Origin: an uncultured Candidatus Saccharibacteria bacterium
GTDB taxonomy: Bacteria; Patescibacteriota; UBA1384; CAYGGE01
Direction: 5' to 3'
Assembly: GCA_964349485.1 (NCBI GenBank)
Contig: CAYGGE010000001.1
Span: forward strand, 69,204 to 133,203
Length of the DNA: 64,000 bases
Shown here: positions 57,135-64,000 of the stretch, in pieces
Layout of the letters: each line of letters starts with the position of its first letter
Position numbering within the stretch: the stretch's first letter is position 1
Notes under the pieces: model-generated
What the model was told of the DNA's origin: nothing
What the model saw: only the letters and a program-made list of their open reading frames with translations
Database searches by the model: none
Made by a program: the position numbers and the translations under genes

Positions 57135-57368
57135 TCATTTCTCATTGACGCCGTTCAACAGTTCTTCCAAAATATGCTGGGCGAGCTCTAGTTTTGAGGC
57201 TTCGTGTTCGCTTTTGGACAGTAATTGGAGGTATATCGTCTCACCAAGTCCCTGCTCTTTAGGCAGAAGATAGGTGGGAACAGTCAGCTCTTGGTTGTCC
57301 GCCAACTTGAGCGTCACGGTCCGTCCAGAGCGGGCTTCGATGGTTGCGGTCAGGGCTGGTCGTTGCAT
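57135..57368 (-). CDS. Small hypothetical protein (77 aa)
   Basis: ORF track only. No recognisable motif. Confidence 0.3.
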   Translation of the reverse strand: MQRPALTATIEARSGRTVTLKLADNQELTVPTYLLPKEQGLGETIYLQLLSKSEHEASKLELAQHILEELLNGVNEK

Positions 57369-57482
57369 GATAGTTTCCGTTTATTTCGATAAGGGGTTAG
57401 TATAGCACTCGATACACATTTTGTCACCCCCATATTTATAGTATAGTTATCATATCTATAGAATATTTTGGCAAGGAGATGC

Positions 57483-59912
57483 ATGAATTGGCGCAATACC
57501 TCACGTTCCACCGCGCGACTGATCGGTGCCCTCGCTGTAGTATTGGTAATCGGCGCTACTTTAGGCATTACCACCTACCTCAAACCCAAAGCTGAAGTGA
57601 TTGTTAATCAGCCATGTCTGATTACGCGAACCGTTTCAGTAGTCGCCGATCGACGCGAAGCCACCGTCACCCCGAGTCAAACCGGTCGGTTTAAGTTCAC
57701 AATTACTCCTAGCACTGATGCCATCACCCCGATCGAATTTGATATCTCGGGTACCGCTAGTCGAGCAGATTACACGGTAACCCCAGAGAATGCCCAAGAC
57801 CTTAACTTCGACGTATCCCCAGCTACGGGAACTTTCAAAACCCGAAGCGGTACGTTCTATGCCGTCATCGCTATCGCTAACCCGCAGCAGTATATTGATC
57901 GGACAGTCATCGTCACGCTCCGCAATAAACCTGGCATTGTCGTCGGTTCGGCCAGCACCGCTACCGTTCGACTTTACAATCCGGATCCAGGCAAGCCATC
58001 TATCACCATAGATAACCCATTAGATAACGCACATTTCACCAGTAGCCCCAATCTTCAAGTCAATCTTACTGCTCACTTCTTTGTCCCAACCAACACGACT
58101 GGTAGCCAGAGTGTGACCTTCTATGTCGATGGTACCGCCTATCCTGCCACAGTCAGTGGCCAAAACGCTACCTATACCTTAAACAATCCTGCGCTCGGTC
58201 CTCACACCGTTAGTGCCCAATTGAAAGCTGGTCCCAAGATAGTCAATAACGATGATCCACCCATTCCTCCTGGTCAACAGAGAGTAGACTTCGTTGTTGA
58301 CGCAGCCACACCCTCACCGAGCCCAAGCGTTACGCCGAACCCCGGTGGTACCCCAACTTCAGTTCCAGTGGGACCAGGTGCTTTCTTGCCGACACGGTTC
58401 ACGAACTTTATGATGCCTAAGGCTCAAGCTCAAGCACCAGCACCAGTCAATGACGGTATGATCTGCGGAATAGTCACTGATGTATCGACTGGGAGGCCGC
58501 TTGCCGATATCAAAGTTGAGTTCGATGAGGGTAATAGAAAGAGAACAACAAGAACCGACGTAGAGGGATATTATTCTTTCGCAGGACTATACTTGGGGGT
58601 TACGCAAAATTATAGTTTCGAAGTAGGGCGAGGTTCTTCGGAATATGTATCAACCGTGAGAGCAAGTGATGGCAAGAAGCAACATAATATAGAGAGCGCT
58701 CCAGTAGGTACTAGAATAAATTTTGCACTTGTAAAGGGTGGTTTTATCTCAGGTATTATCTCGTCACCAGATGGACATGCATTACCTGCCATCAGTGTTG
58801 AAATTGTTATTGATGACGAAATTGATGTTGATGATGGCCGCGAGACAGTAGATTATGTAGAAACTAATCCACTCGGAGAGTACAGATCTGCCCCACTTCC
58901 ATTAACTAGAATTTATAAGGTAAGTACTTACGATACATTAAATAGGTACGCAAATAGCAGCGCAGGTAATAAACGCTTAAGCCGTCCTGCACCCGGTACA
59001 AGATTTGACATTACACTCTATCCGCCAGGAAAGATTTTTGGAACACTGTCAGCCGAACCAAACATAATTGGTTCTTTATACGTTGTTCTGGTAAGCTTAT
59101 CTACCCAAATGGAGACGTTGGTAGGGCCTTACGGACTTGAATGGACTTCTTCTGGTGATACATATCGAAACTTTGTCTTTCCAGACTTACCGTTAGATGA
59201 TAAAACTAAATACCGCTTAGAGGTAAGAAACGGCAGATCGAAAAACAGTCAAATACTTGCCTCGAAGTCAGATATTGTTCCGTCTCAAGATCCTGGGACT
59301 CAAGTAGATTTTTACTTAATACGAGACAAAATTGAGTCTATTGTGGAATACGAAACAACCCCCTATACGATGCGTGGTTGTGGTAACGTAATCACAATCA
59401 ATAGTAATCAATGCGCTCCTGTAGGGTTACGTAAATTGCTTGTTGAAAAATTATCTTCTAATGTTGCTACCTGGCGAACAAAATTAAAAGCCCCCAGGGG
59501 TGCTTCCCTGACAATCGGCAAGGTTGTCTTTTATCCACCTAATTCTCGAGACGGAAAAGATGTATCTATCTTTCTTGGCACGACGAAAGCCGATAGCGGC
59601 GTTACCCGTAATGGCAGCTATCTTTCCAAGACGCTCGCCAATAATACGTATCGAGTCGTGATCGATCCAAAAGCTACGCTTAATTATTGTGCTCATGTCT
59701 TGTATCGCACAGGCGCAGGTGCGTTAGTTAATAAATACATCAAGTTCTCTGGTCCCGCCATAGCGTTTTCCAAAAATGCTACACCTGGCGACACCGTCAA
59801 CTGGTCAAGTTGGGGCGATTCAGCTGCTATCGATCAAGTTATGGATATTGGTAAAACAATCTACGTTATCTCTGATACCGACTGTACGGTTCCGCCTTGG
59901 CAGCCAATTTAA
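57483..59912 (+). CDS. Large signal-anchored surface protein with a CarboxypepD_reg-like beta-sandwich domain
   Basis: ORF track 57468..59912. AAGGAGAT RBS before ATG at 57483. Motif GIVTDVSTGRPLADIKVEF...TDVEGYYSF. The C-terminal half is conspicuously AT-rich. Confidence 0.55.
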   Translation: MNWRNTSRSTARLIGALAVVLVIGATLGITTYLKPKAEVIVNQPCLITRTVSVVADRREATVTPSQTGRFKFTITPSTDAITPIEFDISGTASRADYTVTPENAQDLNFDVSPATGTFKTRSGTFYAVIAIANPQQYIDRTVIVTLRNKPGIVVGSASTATVRLYNPDPGKPSITIDNPLDNAHFTSSPNLQVNLTAHFFVPTNTTGSQSVTFYVDGTAYPATVSGQNATYTLNNPALGPHTVSAQLKAGPKIVNNDDPPIPPGQQRVDFVVDAATPSPSPSVTPNPGGTPTSVPVGPGAFLPTRFTNFMMPKAQAQAPAPVNDGMICGIVTDVSTGRPLADIKVEFDEGNRKRTTRTDVEGYYSFAGLYLGVTQNYSFEVGRGSSEYVSTVRASDGKKQHNIESAPVGTRINFALVKGGFISGIISSPDGHALPAISVEIVIDDEIDVDDGRETVDYVETNPLGEYRSAPLPLTRIYKVSTYDTLNRYANSSAGNKRLSRPAPGTRFDITLYPPGKIFGTLSAEPNIIGSLYVVLVSLSTQMETLVGPYGLEWTSSGDTYRNFVFPDLPLDDKTKYRLEVRNGRSKNSQILASKSDIVPSQDPGTQVDFYLIRDKIESIVEYETTPYTMRGCGNVITINSNQCAPVGLRKLLVEKLSSNVATWRTKLKAPRGASLTIGKVVFYPPNSRDGKDVSIFLGTTKADSGVTRNGSYLSKTLANNTYRVVIDPKATLNYCAHVLYRTGAGALVNKYIKFSGPAIAFSKNATPGDTVNWSSWGDSAAIDQVMDIGKTIYVISDTDCTVPPWQPI

Positions 59913-59985
59913 CGATATTCATCTGCCCCGTTATGAGTGCTGAAATACTCGGATTACTGTTGTACCTATCTTTAGAAGGTAATTT

Positions 59986-60543
59986 ATGACTGCCAGTATG
60001 CACAACCCTGTTTTACCCAGACTGATTATCCTTCACTGTTTTGGCAAAACCAGCCGTGATCGATGGTATCGGTCAGTCGGTAATGCCGTTACCGATATTT
60101 TTGATATCGTCCTCCCTGATCTGCCGAATCCAGACACTGGTCGTATGAGCGAATGGCTGCCGGTACTTCAGGCGCTTAAACCGGATCAGCAGACGGTATT
60201 GGTTGGCCATTCTCTGGGTGGCCTGTTGATTCTCCGCTACCTCGAAACCGCGACCGAACCAGTGGCGGGGTTTTATACGGTGGCGGCGCCAATTGGTACG
60301 CTTGATCGTGACGATTTACTTGAGACCGGCTTCTTCGATCGAGAGCTTGGTTGGGAAGCGATTAAACACAATGCGAATCGGCGGTTCATTATTGCTTCAA
60401 CTGACGATGCGACAGTTCCATTTGAACAGGCCCAAGAAATTGCTAAGCGTGTCGATGGTGAGCTGATCCAATTTTCCGATAAGGGTCATTTTAAACAAGA
60501 TGACTTTCCTGAATTAATTACTAGGTTGCGAACAGACTGGTAA
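59986..60543 (+). CDS. Alpha/beta-fold serine hydrolase (YdeN/RBBP9-like)
   Basis: Nucleophile elbow VLVGHSLGG. Size is 185 aa. Confidence 0.6.
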   Translation: MTASMHNPVLPRLIILHCFGKTSRDRWYRSVGNAVTDIFDIVLPDLPNPDTGRMSEWLPVLQALKPDQQTVLVGHSLGGLLILRYLETATEPVAGFYTVAAPIGTLDRDDLLETGFFDRELGWEAIKHNANRRFIIASTDDATVPFEQAQEIAKRVDGELIQFSDKGHFKQDDFPELITRLRTDW

Positions 60544-60557
60544 CATAAAGGAGCATC

Positions 60558-61115
60558 ATGACCGCAGAGCCAAAAAACCGACTGGGTATCGCCGGCCCGT
60601 TCATCCGCGATATCGTCTTTGGAGTCCATGACGCTTTACTGACCAATATAGGTATCGTCACCGGTTTCGTGGCGGCTCTCCAAGACACGCGGTTGATCAT
60701 CTTAACCGTGATTATTGACGTGATTGTCAGCGCCTTTGCCATGTCGTTCGGGACCTATCTTTCACGCACTAGCGAGTCGGACTATCTCAAAGGACAGCTT
60801 GATCGCGAAGAACACGAGACAATGCAAGATATCTTAGCCAACCCAATCATTGCCGCAGTGGTGATGTGGGTGACTTACGTTGTAACGGGCATGATCCCAT
60901 TGTTGCCCTTCTTCTTCAATCTTCCGTCAGTGGAGGCGTTACGGATTGCGATTGTCCTCTCCCTCGTTGTCTTCTTAGCCGTCGGCGCCTTCAAGGGTGT
61001 CGTCACCGGCACCAGTCCTTGGCGCGGCGGCCTCCAATTTTTCGCCTTCGGCAGCGTAGCGGCGGTTATCGGCTACGTGATCGGCCAATACGGTCAGCAG
61101 TTGCTTGGTGGTTGA
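60558..61115 (+). CDS. VIT1/CCC1-family membrane protein (putative Fe/Mn transporter)
   Basis: GPFIRDIVFGVHDALLTNIGIVTGF... pattern and multiple TM helices. Confidence 0.55.
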   Translation: MTAEPKNRLGIAGPFIRDIVFGVHDALLTNIGIVTGFVAALQDTRLIILTVIIDVIVSAFAMSFGTYLSRTSESDYLKGQLDREEHETMQDILANPIIAAVVMWVTYVVTGMIPLLPFFFNLPSVEALRIAIVLSLVVFLAVGAFKGVVTGTSPWRGGLQFFAFGSVAAVIGYVIGQYGQQLLGG

Positions 61116-61165
61116 TCGTTCATGGTCTCGTTGACTTTACAAGCCGACCAGCGTATCGTCGAACC

Positions 61166-61981
61166 ATGAGAAAACTGAATTTTCCACTTGTTAGCCTACT
61201 GATTATTATCGGGGTCACTACCTTTGTGTTAATTCGAACACAAATTCAATGGTCACGGACTGTAGCACTTGTCCCACCGAGCGTAGCCGTGCCCTCTGTT
61301 TCAGCCACTCCACTACCAACTACTTCGATCAGCCCTCAACCGACAGTTGTAGCTGCCTCGCCGACTGGACTGTCAACACCCAAGTTCACCCAAACTAAGA
61401 CTGTCGCGGCTTCGGCCATCTACCTCTCGGTACCTTTTACTGTCCAAGCCCCTGACGCCGACTGGTCAGAACCCTGGAAAGAAGGTTGTGAAGAGGCGGC
61501 TTTACTGATGGTTGAGGCCTATCTTAAAGGTGATCGGGCGGCGACGCTTCCGGTCGGCGAGACAAAAGCGAAAATCAACGCCATGGTGGATTGGCAACAC
61601 GAGAAGTTCGGTGGACATCATGACCTGGGCTTGGCGGACATCGTTACGATTGCGAAGGACTACATGGGTAGCAAGACCGCCAGGATTAAAGAGAACGCAA
61701 CTTTCGACGATATCCGTAATGAGCTACGGGCCGGACATCCAGTCATCTTACCTTTAGCCGGTCAAAAATTGAAAAACCCTTACTTCAAGCAGCCCGGTCC
61801 TCCGTACCATGTATTTGTGATCACAGGGTTTGAGGGCAAGGACTTCATTAGCAATGAAAATGGCACCAAGCGTGGCCATGACTACAAATACAGTCAAACG
61901 ATCCTAGAAAACGCCTGGCATGATTATGTAAAAGGCCAGCCGATCGAATCTGGACCACGCTCTTACCTCGTTCTCGAATAG
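61166..61981 (+). CDS. Membrane-anchored C39-like (papain-fold) peptidase-domain protein
   Basis: ORF track 60866..61981. More likely start at ATG 61166 (MRKLNFPLVSLLIIIGVTTFVLI), after the upstream stop. Cys in WKEGCEEAALLMV and His in PYHVFVITGF. Confidence 0.45.
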   Translation: MRKLNFPLVSLLIIIGVTTFVLIRTQIQWSRTVALVPPSVAVPSVSATPLPTTSISPQPTVVAASPTGLSTPKFTQTKTVAASAIYLSVPFTVQAPDADWSEPWKEGCEEAALLMVEAYLKGDRAATLPVGETKAKINAMVDWQHEKFGGHHDLGLADIVTIAKDYMGSKTARIKENATFDDIRNELRAGHPVILPLAGQKLKNPYFKQPGPPYHVFVITGFEGKDFISNENGTKRGHDYKYSQTILENAWHDYVKGQPIESGPRSYLVLE

Positions 61982-62031
61982 ACATTTGTATTTATTTGTT
62001 CAGAGGGCCTGATCCACTACAGGGACAGTTT

Positions 62032-62628
62032 CTAATAGAGACTGAGAGTTTGTGTGTTATGAGGTGATGCTCGAAGCTCAAGCTGTCGTCGGGCGAGATC
62101 GTACTGGGTAGTTATTTTGTATTGTTCAAGCGCCAAGATTCGTTGTTGGCTGGCGGCGGCTGCGCTCTGGCTGTTATGTTGCAGCTCTTTTTGTAGCGTC
62201 AAGCGTGTCTTTTCGAGATCGGCCTCTATTTTGGCTAAAGTAATCCGAGTATCTGCTTGGAGCATTTCCAGATCTAATTGCGATTTGGCAGCTAGCTCTT
62301 CGCGCTTCAGCACGATTAAATTAGGATCGGTTACATCCGCTTTCACGGCGGGTGCCGAGGCGATAAAGCTTCGGGAGGCTTTTCGGCTGTTGGCCACACC
62401 TGTCGGGAGATAGGTCGTTGCCCATTGACTAGGTGGCGGTGGCAAGACTACTCGTTGATCGATGGTTGCTGGGGCCTGGCTGACTACTGATGGCGTAGGA
62501 CTTGGAGTGGTTAGTGCTGTATCATCTGCCCGATTCGAAAAACGGTAGGCGATGTAGGCGATACCGACAAAGAAGAGGACAAAGGCCAGACCGGCAAAAA
62601 CGTAGCGAGAGATTGATTGGTTGGGCAT
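62032..62628 (-). CDS. Signal-anchored coiled-coil protein
   Basis: ORF track 62032..62667. ATG at 62628 is preceded by GAAGGAATAA. TM helix FAGLAFVLFFVGIAYIAY. Confidence 0.4.
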   Translation of the reverse strand: MPNQSISRYVFAGLAFVLFFVGIAYIAYRFSNRADDTALTTPSPTPSVVSQAPATIDQRVVLPPPPSQWATTYLPTGVANSRKASRSFIASAPAVKADVTDPNLIVLKREELAAKSQLDLEMLQADTRITLAKIEADLEKTRLTLQKELQHNSQSAAAASQQRILALEQYKITTQYDLARRQLELRASPHNTQTLSLY

Positions 62629-62800
62629 GATTATTCCTTCTGCTGACGAGTTTTGATAGTATCGCAAGTCGTCTTGTACCTGTCAATATCTGGACAAGGC
62701 GCGATGTGCTTTGCCATCGATAAACTGTGGTATAATTTTATCACAACCAGTAGTGATAATTGTTCTCGGGCGAAGCCGCCACAGTCTAAGGAGGGCTAAG

Positions 62801-63931
62801 ATGGCTGATAACCAAGATCCTTTAACGAATCAATCTACAGGTACAACTTTCTCGTCTGACCCATCAGCTTCCGCCCCCATTGCGCCGGCGGCATCGAGCC
62901 ATGAGCCATTTCCCTGGGAAGTTGCACCACCGGCCGATTCACCGCCGGCAGCCAGTCCAATCCCACAAACGACCGAGACTGACCTTTCGATGCCTGTCAG
63001 TCAACCACCAGTGAGTGATGTTAGTCCGGTTACTCCTCCTCCAGTACCCGACCTTGATCTGCCAGTGCCACCACCTACCCCAACTCTGCCCGAAACACCG
63101 CCGACTGGTCAACCAATGCTCGACTTACCGATGCCACAAGTATCCCCTGATCTCCAAGCTGCCCCCTCGTTACCTAGCGCTGAAAGCCCAGCTCCTGATC
63201 CATGGCAATCGGCGGGTGCAGCTGCTCCAGTGGCCGCTACAGCAACACCGACAACTCCCTGGCCGGCTCCGATTAGCCCAGAGCCAACTCCCCAATCGAC
63301 CGTGCCCGATCTTTCGTCTGGTCTAGTGCCGCCTCCGCCTCCGGCCTTAAATGAACAACTATCAACTCCACCGATCGCCCAACCTTCTGAGTGGACTGCC
63401 CCTACCCCATCAGCTCCAGCGATCGAGCAGACGACTCAACCTCCAGCTGCCCCATTACCACCGGCCTTTCCCGAGACGATGGCCCCAACAAGTTCACAAC
63501 CGATTGAATTGCCGCTGGGTGGTGATGTAGTTACGCCGGCTGTCACCCCGGAGGTTAATGCGCCTGCCCCAGATGCGCAACCTGTGCCAGTACCAACTCA
63601 TCAATCACTCTCTGGAACGATTCCACCGCCACCACCAATGGGTGTACCGGAAGCAACAACCAAGAGATCCGGGACCATGAAGTGGATGTTACTCATTGTG
63701 GGGATTGTGGTTGTAATCGGGCTCGTTCTTTTCTTTGTTGGACGCAATTATTTGGCTAATCAGTCGGCCCAAACTGCCAATGATGCGATCTCCGAAGATG
63801 CCAGTGTACCCTCAACTGAGTTTCAAGATACAACAAGTACTAGCCAATTTAACCTGCCGCCTGACGGTAGTAGTGGTGGGCTAGGGTCGGATACGATAGA
63901 TCCCGGTGTTGGTGCCCTACCTAATCAGTAG
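62801..63931 (+). CDS. Proline-rich protein with a C-terminal TM anchor
   Basis: ORF track 62711..63931. Strong RBS TAAGGAGGG before ATG at 62801. About one third Pro, with a C-terminal hydrophobic helix WMLLIVGIVVVIGLVLFFV. Confidence 0.5.
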   Translation: MADNQDPLTNQSTGTTFSSDPSASAPIAPAASSHEPFPWEVAPPADSPPAASPIPQTTETDLSMPVSQPPVSDVSPVTPPPVPDLDLPVPPPTPTLPETPPTGQPMLDLPMPQVSPDLQAAPSLPSAESPAPDPWQSAGAAAPVAATATPTTPWPAPISPEPTPQSTVPDLSSGLVPPPPPALNEQLSTPPIAQPSEWTAPTPSAPAIEQTTQPPAAPLPPAFPETMAPTSSQPIELPLGGDVVTPAVTPEVNAPAPDAQPVPVPTHQSLSGTIPPPPPMGVPEATTKRSGTMKWMLLIVGIVVVIGLVLFFVGRNYLANQSAQTANDAISEDASVPSTEFQDTTSTSQFNLPPDGSSGGLGSDTIDPGVGALPNQ

Positions 63932-63941
63932 ATCGTGAATA

Positions 63942-63978
63942 CAAAAAAACAGCTACGCTAGCTGTTTTTTTTGTAACC
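63942..63978 (+). terminator. Terminator hairpin AAAAAAACAGCTA-cgc-TAGCTGTTTTTTTT
   Basis: 7-bp stem flanked by A and T runs, 10 nt after the stop at 63931. Confidence 0.7.
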
Positions 63979-64000
63979 AGGTTTTATCGTTTCAGTTGCT

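Noticed and set aside
1-64000. Alternative genetic code (UGA as Gly, code 25), as found in some CPR lineages
   Set aside because: TGA coincides with the well-supported C-termini of conserved genes (for example the VirB4 N-terminal part and the gene at 22589) and with ORF boundaries generally, so standard code 11 fits.
1-64000. CRISPR arrays, rRNA genes, and IS or transposase genes
   Set aside because: No regularly spaced direct repeats were found. No transposase, integrase or DDE motifs were found. No rRNA-like conserved stretches were seen.

Overview
This window is a chromosomal origin region from a small-genome bacterium with standard genetic code (TGA is used as a stop). The short YidC, the tight packing and the many secreted or membrane-anchored unknown proteins point to a Candidate Phyla Radiation (CPR)/Saccharibacteria-like organism. 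Core genes identify the origin: DUF721 gene, recF, dnaN and dnaA on the minus strand, a DnaA-box-rich oriC, then rpmH-rnpA-yidD-yidC and tRNA-Ser on the plus strand. Directly beside the origin sits a plus-strand operon with type IV secretion (T4SS) features: a PrgI/VirB3-like protein, a VirB4 ATPase that appears split by a -1 frame change, an SLT-type lytic transglycosylase, two TolB-like membrane-anchored proteins, an NlpC/P60-CHAP-like hydrolase and a roughly 900 aa surface protein. A second locus on the minus strand carries galU, two orphan solute-binding lipoproteins and four tandem VirB2/TrbC-like pilin-domain paralogs. It is flanked by two giant secreted paralogs with a conserved N-terminal half and divergent C-termini. 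Other notable items are three tandem membrane-anchored paralogs upstream of the T4SS operon, and a roughly 70-85 bp repeat element found three times, always oriented toward a downstream gene start. By eye, xylA, purA and the paralog triplet are markedly more GC-rich than their neighbours, and xylA is an actinobacterial-type class I enzyme that looks host-derived. There is also a tRNA-Ser followed by an 18 bp copy of its own 3' end. Housekeeping genes include msrA, msrB, pnp, rpsO, zur-zupT, comFC, hsp20, an MsbA-like ABC exporter, VanW, PurA and a YjjX-like NTPase. No CRISPR arrays, rRNA or recognisable transposases were found.
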